From an uncultured Actinomycetes bacterium (GTDB lineage Bacteria; Actinomycetota; Thermoleophilia; Gaiellales; JAICJC01), in the NCBI GenBank assembly GCA_963797175.1, contig CAWCOL010000005.1, positions 653,100 to 717,099 on the forward strand: a DNA stretch of 64,000 nucleotides, written 5' to 3'. The first letter of the stretch is position 1; the number at the start of each line of letters is the position of its first letter. Made by a program: the position numbers and the translations under genes. Shown one piece after another: positions 1 through 9,576 of this stretch. The notes under the pieces were generated by a model. It was not told the DNA's origin. It saw only the letters and a program-made list of their open reading frames with translations, and did no database searches.

Positions 1-2411
1 TCCTTGCCGTCCACGTGCGCCGCGACGTTGGGAACCACGCGCGCCGCCGCCACGACCGCGTCCTCGGCGGCGCCGGCGGGCACCTCGACCTCGCCTCGCA
101 GCCGGCCGCCGACCTGCACGGCGTAGACGACCGAGTCGTGGGCGAGCATCGCCGGATCGGCCTCCGGCCACGGCTCGTCCCACAGCCGCTCGCCGCCCAG
201 CCGCTCCCACAGCTCGCACGCGATGTGCGGCGCATAGGGGTGGATCAGGCCGACGGCGCTGCCACAGGCGAAGCGCAGCTGCTCGCCGGTGGCGTCGGCG
301 GCGTGGTCCTGGATCGTGCCGACCAGCTCGTGCACGGCCGACTGCGCCGTGTTGAATGAGAAGCGGGCGCCCAGGTCGTCGGTCACCTTGTCGATCGCCC
401 AGTGCGTCTTTCGCACCAGCTCCGCGCCCGGTCCGTCGGCCGGCGCCGAGCGCTCGATCCCGGTCCCGTACCGCTCGACCGTCTCGTTCACCAGCCGCCA
501 CAGCCGGGCCAGGAACCGGAACTGGCCGGCGACGCCGCCGTCCTGCCACTCGGCGTCCTGGTCGGGCGGCCCCAGGAACAGTGTGTAGAGGCGCGTCGTG
601 TCGGCGCCGTAGCGCTCGATCATCGGGTTGGGGTCGATGATGTTGCCGCGCGACTTGGACATCTTCGCGCCCTGGTAGTGGATCATCCCCTGCGTGAACA
701 GGTTCGCGAACGGCTCGGTGAACCCCAGGTGGCCGAGGTCGTTCAGCGCCTTGGTGAAGAAGCGCGCGTACATCAGGTGCAGGATCGCGTGCTCGACGCC
801 GCCGATGTACTGATCGACCGGCAGCCAGGTGTCGACGATGCCGCGGTCGAACGGCGCGGCGTCGTTGCGGGGGTCGGCGTAGCGCATGAAGTACCAGGAC
901 GAGTCGACGAAGGTGTCCATCGTGTCGGTCTCCCGGCGGGCCGGGCCGCCGCAGCCCGGGCACTCGGTCTTGACCCAGTCCTCTGCCGTTGCCAGCGGGG
1001 AGCGGCCCCTGGGCGCGTAGTCCTCGATCTCGGGCAGCACGACCGGCAGCTGGTCGTCGGGCACGGCGACGATCCCGCAGGCGTCGCAGTGCACGACCGG
1101 GATCGGGCAGCCCCAGTAGCGCTGGCGGGACAGCAGCCAGTCGCGCAGCCGGAACGCGATCCGGCCGCGTCCGGCACCCTGCTCCTCCAGCCAGGCGATG
1201 ATCGCGGCCTTGCCCTCGACGGAGCTGCGGCCGCTGAAGTCGCCCGAGTTGACCAGCACCTCGTCCGCGGAGTGCGCCACATAGGCCTCGCCCTCGATGG
1301 CGCTGCCGTCGCCCGGGGCGACAACCTGGCGGATCGGCAGGTCGAAGCGCGTGGCAAACTCGAAGTCGCGCTCGTCATGCGCGGGGACGGCCATGATGGC
1401 GCCGGTGCCGTACTCCATCAGCACGTAGTCGGCCACCCAGACCGGGATCCGCTCGCCGTTGACCGGGTTGACAACGTGGCGGCCGGTGAAGACGCCGGTC
1501 TTCTCCTTCTCTCCGGCTCGCTCGACCTCGGACATCGCCGAGGTGCGGCGCACGTAGGCGGCGACCTCGTCGGCGTGCTCGCCGCCCGCGGTCAGCTCCA
1601 GCGCCAGCGGGTGCTCGGGGGCCAGCACGAAGAACGTCGCGCCGAACAGCGTGTCCGGCCTCGTGGTGAAGACGGGCAGCTCCTCACCGCTCCCCTCCAC
1701 GCGGAAGATCACCTCGGCGCCCTCACTGCGGCCGATCCAGTTGCGCTGCATTGTCACCACGCGCGCCGGCCAGTTGACCTGCTCCAGGTCGTCCAGCAGC
1801 CGCTGGGCGTAGTCGGTGATGCGGAAGAACCACTGCTCCAGGTTCTTGGCCTCGACCTCGGAGCCGCACCGCTCACAGTGGCCGTCGATCACCTGCTCGT
1901 TCGCCAGCACCGTCTGGTCGACTGGGCACCACTTGACCGGGGCGTTGCGCCGGTAGGCAAGGCCCGCCTCGAACAGCCGCAGGAAGATCCACTGCGTCCA
2001 GCGGTAGTAGGCAGGATCGGCGGTCGACAGCTCCCGTGCCCAGTCGATCGACCAGCCCATCCGCTTCATCTGCGAGCGGATCGCGACGATGTTCTCAGCC
2101 GTGGAGACAGCCGGGTGCGTGCCGCTCTTGATCGCCGCGTTCTCGGCCGGCAGGCCGAACGCGTCGTATCCCATCGGGTGCATCACGCGCCAGCCGCGGC
2201 GGCGCCGGTGGAGCGTGACGACGTCGCCCATCGTGTAGTTCTTGACGTGGCCCATGTGCAGCTCGCCCGACGGGTAGGGCAGCATCTCCAGCACGTACAT
2301 CAGCCGCGAGACGTCCTCCCCGGGCTCGGGGTTGGGTGTCTCGTGGATCCGCTCGGCCTCCCAGACGGCCTGCCAGCGGGCCTCCACGGCCGCGGGGTCG
2401 TACCGGTCCAT
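1..2411 (-). CDS. leuS: leucine--tRNA ligase (3' end of gene lies beyond window start)
   Basis: The minus-strand frame from ATG at 2411 reads [20 protein letters not shown]... It carries the class I HMGH signature ([12 protein letters not shown]) and KMSKS ([10 protein letters not shown], about 640-670). There is no stop before position 1. The 402..4784 plus ORF over this span is an antisense shadow. Confidence 0.95.
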   Translation of the reverse strand, partial: MDRYDPAAVEARWQAVWEAERIHETPNPEPGEDVSRLMYVLEMLPYPSGELHMGHVKNYTMGDVVTLHRRRRGWRVMHPMGYDAFGLPAENAAIKSGTHPAVSTAENIVAIRSQMKRMGWSIDWARELSTADPAYYRWTQWIFLRLFEAGLAYRRNAPVKWCPVDQTVLANEQVIDGHCERCGSEVEAKNLEQWFFRITDYAQRLLDDLEQVNWPARVVTMQRNWIGRSEGAEVIFRVEGSGEELPVFTTRPDTLFGATFFVLAPEHPLALELTAGGEHADEVAAYVRRTSAMSEVERAGEKEKTGVFTGRHVVNPVNGERIPVWVADYVLMEYGTGAIMAVPAHDERDFEFATRFDLPIRQVVAPGDGSAIEGEAYVAHSADEVLVNSGDFSGRSSVEGKAAIIAWLEEQGAGRGRIAFRLRDWLLSRQRYWGCPIPVVHCDACGIVAVPDDQLPVVLPEIEDYAPRGRSPLATAEDWVKTECPGCGGPARRETDTMDTFVDSSWYFMRYADPRNDAAPFDRGIVDTWLPVDQYIGGVEHAILHLMYARFFTKALNDLGHLGFTEPFANLFTQGMIHYQGAKMSKSRGNIIDPNPMIERYGADTTRLYTLFLGPPDQDAEWQDGGVAGQFRFLARLWRLVNETVERYGTGIERSAPADGPGAELVRKTHWAIDKVTDDLGARFSFNTAQSAVHELVGTIQDHAADATGEQLRFACGSAVGLIHPYAPHIACELWERLGGERLWDEPWPEADPAMLAHDSVVYAVQVGGRLRGEVEVPAGAAEDAVVAAARVVPNVAAHVDGK

Positions 2412-2450
2412 GCCGGGGATTGTACGAGGTCGCTCGGCTTGGTCTCGGGG

Positions 2451-2924
2451 CTAGGCGCCCGGCTTGGCGGCCATCGCCACCACCACCAGCAGGAGCAGCA
2501 CCAGCTCGATGCGCGAGACCAGGAAGATGCGGTCGATCCGCCGCCGCGCCTCCGGGCTGGCCGGGCCGTCGGCGTCGATCACCTTCGCGATCCGTCCGGA
2601 CTCGGGTCCGAGGAACGCGGCGCCGGTGACGATCGAGATCGCGATCACGATCAGGCCGAACGTCAGCCAGCCCTCGGAGAGGCTCCAGTTGCCCTCGTGG
2701 ACGAGCCAGAAGCCGAACACGAGCAGCACCAGCGAGGACGGCAGGAACACGCGCATGCCGATCATCTCGACGTCCCGGGAGAAGCCGGCCAGCCGCGCCG
2801 GATCGGGGTCACGCGCGACCCGGATCGCCATCATCTGCACGGTGAACGCCCCGCCCACCCAGACGATCGCCGCCAGGATGTGGACGGTGAGCAGCCACTG
2901 GTAGGTGGTGGTGAGGAGCGCCAT
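2451..2924 (-). CDS. small integral membrane protein (DUF2269-like)
   Basis: This is the 157-aa tail of the 2451..4532 ORF, starting at ATG 2924 (MALLTTTYQWLLTVHILAAIVWVGG...). It has about four hydrophobic helices. The family name is recalled from the N-terminal W..HI..A..W.GG pattern only. Confidence 0.55.
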   Translation of the reverse strand: MALLTTTYQWLLTVHILAAIVWVGGAFTVQMMAIRVARDPDPARLAGFSRDVEMIGMRVFLPSSLVLLVFGFWLVHEGNWSLSEGWLTFGLIVIAISIVTGAAFLGPESGRIAKVIDADGPASPEARRRIDRIFLVSRIELVLLLLVVVAMAAKPGA

Positions 2925-3005
2925 CGGCGGCAGGTTGTACCGCACCGCCGGCGGCGGAGTCAAGCGTCCTCCACCGCCGGTTGCGGCCTTTGCGATACTC
3001 CGGCC

Positions 3006-4784
3006 ATGAGCACCTTGACGCAGGCAGAGGGAGTGCGGTGGGACCTGTCGCCGCTGTTCGGGTCGGCCGACGAGGCGCGCGCCGCTCTGGCGGACGGTCT
3101 GGAGCGGTCGCGGGCGTTCGAGCGCGATCACCGGGGCACGATGGCCGAGATCACCCCCGCCGTGCTGGCCGCCGCGCTGGAGGAGCTGGGCGCGATCGAC
3201 AACCTGCTCTCGCGCGTGCACTCCTACGCGTCGCTGCGCCGCGCGGTGGACGTGACCAGCGACGAGAACCGCGACCTGTCGGCCTCGGTCGAGCAGGGCG
3301 TGGTCGAGGCGATGAACCTGCTGCGCTTCTTCGAGCTGGAGTGGCTCGAGCTGGACGACGACCGCGCGGCCGAGCTGGCCGCCGCGCCCGAGGTCGAACG
3401 CGACCGCCACCACCTGGAGGCGCAGCGCCGCTTCAAGCCGCACACGCTGTCCGAGCCGGAGGAGCGCGTCCTGGCCGAGCGCGACCCGGCCGCCTCGGGC
3501 GCCTGGCAGACCCTGTTCGGCCAGACCACCTCCACCATCGAGGTGCCGTTCGACGCCGGCGACGGCCCCGAGCCGCACACCATCGACCGGCTGCTCTCCT
3601 ACGTGCACGATCCCCGCCGCGACGTCCGCCGGCGCGCGCTGGAGACGCTCTACGAGACGCTGGAGCCGCAGACCCCGGTGCTCGCACACTGCTACGACTC
3701 GCTGGTCGGCGACCGGCTGGTGCTCGACCGGCTGCGCGGCTACGACGGGCCGATGGTGCTGACCCACCTGCGCAACGAGCTGGAGCCGGACGTCGTCGAG
3801 GCGATGCTGGCCGCCGTCGAGCGCAACTACGGCATCGCCCAGCGCTGGTTCCGCGCGAAGGCCTCCCTGCTCGGCCTCCCCCAGCTCGAGCTGCACGACC
3901 AGTACGCCCCCGTCGGCGAGGCGCGGTCGGTGGATTACGACGAGGCGTGCGCGATCGTCGGCACCGCGTTCGCCGGGTTCTCCGGGCGGGCGGCGACGGT
4001 CGCCGAGGAGCTGTTCCGCGACCACCGGATCGACGCGGAGCCGCGCGCCGGCAAGCGCGGCGGCGCCTTCTGCTCCCCGGTCTCGGGTGACGCCGACCCG
4101 TACGTGATGATGAACTTCACGGACAACATGGGCGACGTTGTCACGCTGGCACACGAGCTCGGTCACGGCATGCACTTCGCCCTCGCCCACGCGGTGCAGA
4201 CGCCGCACTCGGCGCACACCGGGCTGGCGCTGGCCGAAGTGCCGTCCACGTTCGCCGAGTTCGTCACGTTCGACCACCTGCTGGCGGACGAGGCCGACGC
4301 CGAGACGCGCCGCGTGCTGGTCGCCGAGCGGGCCGAGGGTGCGTTCGCCTCGGTGTTCCGGCAGACGGTGATGGTGCGCTACGAGCAGCGGGCGTACGCA
4401 ATGCGGGCGCAGCCGACGGCGCTGACGCCGGACCGGCTGGCGACGATCTGGGTCGAGGAGAACGCGCGCTACTACGGCGACGCACTGGCGATGACCGAGG
4501 GCTACCGGTTCGGCTGGAGCTACATCCCCCACTTCATCGGGACGCGCTTCTACACCTACGCGTACGTGTTCGCGAAGTTGGTCGCGCTGGTGCTGTACGC
4601 CCGCTACCGCAGCGACGGCGACGCGTTCGTCGGCGACTACCTCGAGCTGCTGGCGGCTGGCGGATCGGCCGACCCGGCGACGCTGCTGCGCCGCTGCGGC
4701 GTCGACATCACCGATCCCGGCGTCTGGGATCGCGCCTTCTCGGAGCTCGACCGGATGGTCGAGGCCGCCGAGGCGGAAGCCTGA
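3006..4784 (+). CDS. M3-family oligoendopeptidase (PepF-like zinc metallopeptidase)
   Basis: In-frame ATG at 3006 inside the 402..4784 ORF (MSTLTQAEGVRWDLSPLF...). It has the HExxH zinc motif TLAHELGHGMHF. About 592 aa, typical of M3B peptidases. Confidence 0.9.
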   Translation: MSTLTQAEGVRWDLSPLFGSADEARAALADGLERSRAFERDHRGTMAEITPAVLAAALEELGAIDNLLSRVHSYASLRRAVDVTSDENRDLSASVEQGVVEAMNLLRFFELEWLELDDDRAAELAAAPEVERDRHHLEAQRRFKPHTLSEPEERVLAERDPAASGAWQTLFGQTTSTIEVPFDAGDGPEPHTIDRLLSYVHDPRRDVRRRALETLYETLEPQTPVLAHCYDSLVGDRLVLDRLRGYDGPMVLTHLRNELEPDVVEAMLAAVERNYGIAQRWFRAKASLLGLPQLELHDQYAPVGEARSVDYDEACAIVGTAFAGFSGRAATVAEELFRDHRIDAEPRAGKRGGAFCSPVSGDADPYVMMNFTDNMGDVVTLAHELGHGMHFALAHAVQTPHSAHTGLALAEVPSTFAEFVTFDHLLADEADAETRRVLVAERAEGAFASVFRQTVMVRYEQRAYAMRAQPTALTPDRLATIWVEENARYYGDALAMTEGYRFGWSYIPHFIGTRFYTYAYVFAKLVALVLYARYRSDGDAFVGDYLELLAAGGSADPATLLRRCGVDITDPGVWDRAFSELDRMVEAAEAEA

Positions 4785-4797
4785 GCCACCCGCTCAG

Positions 4798-5013
4798 GCG
4801 TTGCCACCGGGCGAAACGGGGTCAGAGCGGGGTCGCCCACATGCGACCCCTTCGGCACCCTTCCGGCACGAAGGTCACGGCGGGGCGATCGCAGGGGATG
4901 GCGCACGGGCAGCCGCGATTCGCATACCCGCGCGTTGCCACCAGACGATACGGGGTCAGAGCGGTGTCGTTCCTCCGTGACGAACATGGCGCACGTTCGG
5001 CACGAAGATCACG
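4798..5013. repeat. two 82-bp direct repeat copies (4798-4879 and 4932-5013) in a convergent intergenic region
   Basis: Both copies share gcgttgccacc...acggggtcagagcgg...ttcggcac...ggcacgaag(g/a)tcacg. Copy 1 contains the hairpin ggggtcgc/gcgacccc (4829-4850) followed by tt, which may also terminate the peptidase gene. Confidence 0.6.
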
Positions 5014-5096
5014 CCCCGGATCGTTGTCCCAGGACGAGACAACGTCTGACGCCGATCATCTCCCCGTTGCAGATCTGGCGCAGTTCCGGCACAGGG

Positions 5097-6017
5097 CTAC
5101 AGCGCGGCGTACTCGGCGTAGGCCGTCTCCACGGCCGGCAGCAGCCCGGTCACGTACGCGCCCCCCGCGCAGCCGCGGCACCAGTTCGACCGGTTGATCG
5201 CCGTCGCGGTCACGGCCGGGTCGGCGCAGGTCCACAGCCGGTAGAGGATCCACCCGTAGCCCTGCGTGTCGTAGCCCCAGCGCAGGGTCTGCTCGGTCGC
5301 CGCCATCCCGTCGTCCCGGGACGCGTAGCTCTTGACCCCGACGGCGTTGTAGTCGGCCGCGCCGGCCGCGGGCTGGGTCGTCGCCAGTGGGTTCCAGCGC
5401 GCCGTCGTGCTCTCGGCGGTCTGCCAGGCGACCAGCGAGACGAGGTTGTTGCTGCAGACGGGCGCCCCGATCTGTTGGAGGAAGCCGGCCGCCCAGTCGC
5501 CGCGGCTGATCCCGACGCCTCCGGCCGGCGGGGGCGCCTGCGCCAGCGCGTCCAGCACGGCCTGCGTCCGCCGCCGCTCCGCCCGCAGGCTGTCGCGACG
5601 CCGCTCCAGCCGGGCGACCGCGGGGAGCGATCCGCCCGCGCTGGCATCCCGCTGCGCCAGCCGCAGCGACCGGGCGGCGGCCTCGTAGGCGTCGCGCAGA
5701 TGGGCGATGTGGGCGCGCCGCAGCGTGTCGGCCGCCGGGCCCGGCGCCGCGGTGTGCGCCGATGCCCACCCCAGAGCCATGGCCGCCCTCGCCGTGCGCT
5801 CCTCGCGCCTGGTGAGGGTATCCGCCGTCGCCAGCAGTCGGGCGCGCGCGCCGCGCAGGTCTGCCGCCACAGACCCGAGGTCGGCCTCCACCGCACTCAG
5901 GTGCGCGCCCTCGTCCGCCGCCGTTGTCTGAGTGGACGCCGCAGCCGGCATGGCCGCGACGCCGATCGCTATCAGCACCAGCACGAGCGCGACCACCGGC
6001 CGCGCCGCTGCCGTCAC
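5097..6017 (-). CDS. secreted protein with coiled-coil N-terminal half and conserved C-terminal domain of unknown function
   Basis: The GTG at 6017 overlaps the upstream stop (GTGA). Signal-like VTAAARPVVALVLVLIAIGVAAMPAAAS, then an Ala/Arg-rich helical region, then WAAGFLQQIGAPVCSNNLVSLVAWQTAESTTARWNPLATT...YGWILYRLW. This is the last gene of the pst-linked operon. Confidence 0.7.
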   Translation of the reverse strand: MTAAARPVVALVLVLIAIGVAAMPAAASTQTTAADEGAHLSAVEADLGSVAADLRGARARLLATADTLTRREERTARAAMALGWASAHTAAPGPAADTLRRAHIAHLRDAYEAAARSLRLAQRDASAGGSLPAVARLERRRDSLRAERRRTQAVLDALAQAPPPAGGVGISRGDWAAGFLQQIGAPVCSNNLVSLVAWQTAESTTARWNPLATTQPAAGAADYNAVGVKSYASRDDGMAATEQTLRWGYDTQGYGWILYRLWTCADPAVTATAINRSNWCRGCAGGAYVTGLLPAVETAYAEYAAL

Positions 6018-6445
6018 TGCCCGGACGACGCCCCCGGCGTGGCCTGGAGCTTGCCGCGCAGCCCCGGATGCACGCCCGAGTGGTAGGTGATGCTCGCCAT
6101 CGACTGCGGGACGTAGACGTAGGTGCCGCCGGGCGGGATCACCTTCGACTGCACGGGCAGGTGGTCGAACACGACGGACTGGGCAGCGCCGCTGTCGTTC
6201 GTCCAGGTCACGGGCTGCCCGATCAGCGAGACCAGCCAGGCCGGCTGGAACCCGCTGCGCGTGATCGTCACCGTCTGGCCGAAGTCGAAGTTCGCGTCGA
6301 GCCTGCCCGACGACGCGGCGGGCGCGGCGGGCGACGAGGGCCGCGGCGCGGCGGAGGACGCCGGCCCGGAGGAGCCACCGCCGCAGCCGCTCGCGGCCAG
6401 CGCGAGCGTCACGACGAGCGGTGCGAGGATCAGCGGCCGCCGCAT
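6014..6445 (-). CDS. lipoprotein with cupredoxin-like beta domain
   Basis: 143-aa ORF. Lipobox LALAASGC after MRRPLILAPLVVT. The C-terminus ...TYVYVPQSMASITYHSGVHPGLRGKLQ resembles the plastocyanin-like Y-H-C-x-x-H-x-x-M end, but with Ser and Leu in place of Cys and Met. Confidence 0.7.
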   Translation of the reverse strand: MRRPLILAPLVVTLALAASGCGGGSSGPASSAAPRPSSPAAPAASSGRLDANFDFGQTVTITRSGFQPAWLVSLIGQPVTWTNDSGAAQSVVFDHLPVQSKVIPPGGTYVYVPQSMASITYHSGVHPGLRGKLQATPGASSGQ

Positions 6446-7657
6446 CTACAGCGTCCCCGGCAGCAGCAGGTCGAGGCTGCGGAACAGTAGCCACAGGGCC
6501 ATCAGGATGACCGGCGTCGTGATCACGTAGGCGGCCGTCCGCGGCCACCGCCGGTAGAGACGCGTCGCGGCGAACAGCGTGCCCGCAAGGACGGCGCCCC
6601 AGATCACGGCCAGCGGCAGGCCGAGGATGTCGCCGGTCGTGCCCAGCTCGTCGCGGCCGGCGGTCGCCTGCGGCCGCTTCGGGATGGCGACCGGGTCTCC
6701 GTCCAGCTGCGCCGTCACGGCCAGCCGCGCCGACGACCCCACCGATGAGGACGTGACGAGGGTCAGCCGGCTGTCGGCGGAAGCGCCGACCACGTCGCGC
6801 TGGCCGCCCGACACGGTCTGCACGTCGGTGACCAGGTAGAGGAAGCGCCCCTGGCCGGTGACGGCGATGATCTGATCGCCCGGCACCAGCGAGTGGAGGC
6901 CGCCGAACGGGCCGCCGTAGAGGTGGTTGTGGCCGAGCACGACGGCGTTGCCGAACTCGCCCGGCAGCGGCGTCCCCGGAAGATGCCCCGGGCCGTGGCG
7001 CAGGTCGGACGGCGAGCTGCCCTCGCTGACGATCTGGCGCGTCCCCAGCGCCGGAATCTCGAGCAGCGCAACCGGGCCGGACGGCACGGCGGCGGAGGGG
7101 TCGTCGAACGTGCCGGTGCGCAGCCGCTGGTCGAACTGCGCCAGCTGGGCGCGCTGGCTGCGGCTCTCGGAGAGGCCGGTGAAGAGGAATTCGTAGGCGA
7201 TGAACAGGGCCAGGACGATGCCAATGGCGAGCATGGTCGCGCCCAGCCACCGGGCGACGCGGGCCGCGTCCCACCGAGTCGAGGGCGCGGCGACGGCCAC
7301 CGGAGGCTCGGCGGCGGCCGGCTCGGCCACGGGAGCGGCGACGGTATCGGGCTCCGGGACCCGGACGCGCTCGCGCTGGGACAGCTCGGCGATGATTGCG
7401 CGGATCCGGGCGGCGGCCTCGGCCAGCTGTTCGCGCTGCGCCGGGTCGGCCACCGAACGCGACGTCTCCCGCGCCAGCCGCTCCAGCGAGAACGCCAGGC
7501 TGGTCATCAGCAGATCGTCCTCGGTCGGGGTGGACGCGGTCTCGGCCAGCCGGCCTTCGAGGACGTCCACGCCGGCGACGATCTGGCGGAACGCCTCGTC
7601 GGGATCGGACAGGTCGAACTGCTCGGGGATCAGGGGACCGATGCTCATGGGCGCCAC
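6446..7657 (-). CDS. sortase-like transpeptidase homolog (class E-like fold) lacking any cysteine
   Basis: 403-aa ORF. The core LLEIPALGTRQIVSEGSSPSDLRHGPGHLPGTPLPGEFGNAVVLGHNHLYGGPF...GDQIIAVT...RLTLVTSSSVGSSARLAVTAQL matches the sortase His/TLxTC/Arg layout, with Ser at the Cys position. It has one TM helix before the domain and two after it. Confidence 0.7.
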   Translation of the reverse strand: MAPMSIGPLIPEQFDLSDPDEAFRQIVAGVDVLEGRLAETASTPTEDDLLMTSLAFSLERLARETSRSVADPAQREQLAEAAARIRAIIAELSQRERVRVPEPDTVAAPVAEPAAAEPPVAVAAPSTRWDAARVARWLGATMLAIGIVLALFIAYEFLFTGLSESRSQRAQLAQFDQRLRTGTFDDPSAAVPSGPVALLEIPALGTRQIVSEGSSPSDLRHGPGHLPGTPLPGEFGNAVVLGHNHLYGGPFGGLHSLVPGDQIIAVTGQGRFLYLVTDVQTVSGGQRDVVGASADSRLTLVTSSSVGSSARLAVTAQLDGDPVAIPKRPQATAGRDELGTTGDILGLPLAVIWGAVLAGTLFAATRLYRRWPRTAAYVITTPVILMALWLLFRSLDLLLPGTL

Positions 7658-9576
7658 CGGGGAAGGAGGGTCAGGGCTGCGGCGGCCTTGCCGGTGCCGC
7701 CCGCGAGCAGGGCGAGGCCGCCGAGGATGCCAAGGACGGCGAGCCCGGCGATACCGGGGAGCAGCAGGCGCGAGGAGGCGGATGCGAGCGTCGCGGCGGG
7801 CAGATCGACCGGCGCCGTCTCGCAGGGCTGGAGTGCGACGGTCGGCGCAGCGACGTGGGCGCCGCCCTTCCCGGTCGCCCTGGGCGCACCGTGGGGCGCC
7901 TGCTCCGTGCCGTCCTCACACGTCGGCGTCGGGCCGCTGACTCCGCCGGGTCCCCCACCGGGCGGCGGCGGCGTGCCGAGCCCGCTGGGCGTCGTGGTCG
8001 GCGTCGTCGGGGGCGACGTGATGCCCGGCGTCGTCCCCGGGTAGTTCCCGCCGCCCGGATAGGTGCCGCCGCCGCCCGGGGGCGGAGCCGTCGTCTGCGG
8101 GATCGTGGCAGCGGCGGCCGTCAGCGCCGTCTTCATCGCATCGGTCAGCGGCGCGTAGCCCGCGGGCAGCGCCGTCTGTCCGGCGCCGGCGACGTAGGTG
8201 AAGAAGGAGCGCATGGTGATGCCACGGCCGCTGTAGACCTTGTTGGTCGGCACCGTCGCGTAGTCCACGATCGGCATCGGGTAGTCGTTCGGGTCGGTGT
8301 CGGCGAAGTTCGGGCTGACCGTGACGCCGTCCGGGTTGGTGGTTGCGTGCGAGAGCGCGGCGTCGATCGTCGTCGGCGTGGCGTCGACGAACTGGCCCGC
8401 CGCGTTCTCGATCTTGGCGACGGGCAGGCCGAAGTAGGCGGCCTGGCTGGCGTCGATGAAGCCCATGTAGCCGACGCTGAAGTAGTCGGTGTTGAGGTTC
8501 TGGGTCTTGGGGTCGGCGATGGCGTCGGCCAGCTTGTCGCCGCCGACGATGCCCGAGTCCTGCACCAGGTACTTGAGCGGGTAGTCCGCCGAGGCCCCGG
8601 GCCAGTCGGACGGCAGCGCCGATCCGCCGTCAGCCGTCAGCCACGAGGTGAAGAGCAGGTTCGCCGCCGAGTGGTCGCCGCGAACCAGCGGGCGCACCGC
8701 GGGCGGGAAGACGTGGCCCGGGTTCAGCGCGTTGATCTCGGAATCGACGTGCCAGTTCGTCAGCTGGCCGGTGAAGATGCGCGTGACCAGCTCGGGCGTC
8801 AGCTTGAGGTCGGTGACCTGCGCCCCCGGCTCGGAGTGCGCGGCGTCCTGGTCGAACACCTTGTAGGCGAGCACCAGGCCGGACGTCGTCAGCGGCGCGT
8901 ACGTGAAGGTGCGGCCGGCGTGCTTGAGCTGGGCGACCTGGTCGGAGCTGAACGGCAGGCTGGTCACCGCGAAGTCGTTGAGGCCACTGACGAAGTTCGC
9001 CATGCCGTCCAGTGAGTTGGCAGGGATGTAGTTGACGCCGAGCAGGGACGGCGCCTTGCAGGTGTTCAGCTCCCACTGGTAGATGGCGAGGTTCGACTCG
9101 TCGGCGCCGCCGCCCGAGATGGCCGCACCCGAGGGCCTCGGGCAGCCGTCCGGGGTCGGCGCGAACGCCAGGCTCGTGAAGACGCCGCTGGCAAGCGAGG
9201 CGTCGGTGAACAGGCCGAACGAGCAGGGGTGGTTGATGTCGCAGCGGAAGGTGCCAGGGCCCGAGGCCTTGACGTCGCCGACGGTGACGTGCTCGTAAAG
9301 CAGCCCCGAGCCGGTGCCGTCGGTGAAGCCGACGTCGGTGTAGATCGAGGTACAGTCACGCAGCACGCTGGTCGGGTGCAGCGTGCACTGCCGGAAGAAC
9401 ACGACTTGGAGCGGCGTCACGCCCGACCAGGAGACCTTCACGAACTGGCCGTTGCCGAGGCCCGTCGCAGGGGCGACCGTGACCGTGGCGCCGGCGGCAC
9501 CTGCCGGCGCGGCCGGGGAGCCCACGGCCAGCAGGGCGGCGCCGAGGGCCGCGAGAACGAGGATCCGCAGCCTCAC
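7645..9576 (-). CDS. surface-anchored PstS-like binding-fold protein with neocarzinostatin-like N-terminal domain
   Basis: The GTG at 9576 overlaps the upstream stop (GTGA). Signal peptide VRLRILVLAALGAALLAVGSPAAPAGA. A Cys-containing beta domain (ATVTVAPATGLGNGQFVKVSWSG...CSFGLFTD) is followed by a PstS/PBP-like region, a Pro/Gly/Thr linker, a C-terminal hydrophobic helix and a basic tail (..LLPRWRP). Confidence 0.8.
   Translation of the reverse strand: MRLRILVLAALGAALLAVGSPAAPAGAAGATVTVAPATGLGNGQFVKVSWSGVTPLQVVFFRQCTLHPTSVLRDCTSIYTDVGFTDGTGSGLLYEHVTVGDVKASGPGTFRCDINHPCSFGLFTDASLASGVFTSLAFAPTPDGCPRPSGAAISGGGADESNLAIYQWELNTCKAPSLLGVNYIPANSLDGMANFVSGLNDFAVTSLPFSSDQVAQLKHAGRTFTYAPLTTSGLVLAYKVFDQDAAHSEPGAQVTDLKLTPELVTRIFTGQLTNWHVDSEINALNPGHVFPPAVRPLVRGDHSAANLLFTSWLTADGGSALPSDWPGASADYPLKYLVQDSGIVGGDKLADAIADPKTQNLNTDYFSVGYMGFIDASQAAYFGLPVAKIENAAGQFVDATPTTIDAALSHATTNPDGVTVSPNFADTDPNDYPMPIVDYATVPTNKVYSGRGITMRSFFTYVAGAGQTALPAGYAPLTDAMKTALTAAAATIPQTTAPPPGGGGTYPGGGNYPGTTPGITSPPTTPTTTPSGLGTPPPPGGGPGGVSGPTPTCEDGTEQAPHGAPRATGKGGAHVAAPTVALQPCETAPVDLPAATLASASSRLLLPGIAGLAVLGILGGLALLAGGTGKAAAALTLLPRWRP

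Noticed and set aside
402-3005. The N-terminal 868 codons of the 1460-aa plus-strand ORF 402..4784
   Set aside because: It is antisense to a clearly recognisable leuS and to the small membrane protein. It is Arg/Pro/Gly/Val-rich, the low-complexity translation typical of shadow ORFs in very high-GC DNA. Only the part from ATG 3006 is peptidase-like.
4785-5096. ORFs 4637..4987 (minus) and 4841..5197 (plus) in the convergent intergenic region
   Set aside because: They overlap flanking genes and the direct repeats, have no RBS or family resemblance, and show atypical composition. The region is better explained as repeat and terminator sequence.
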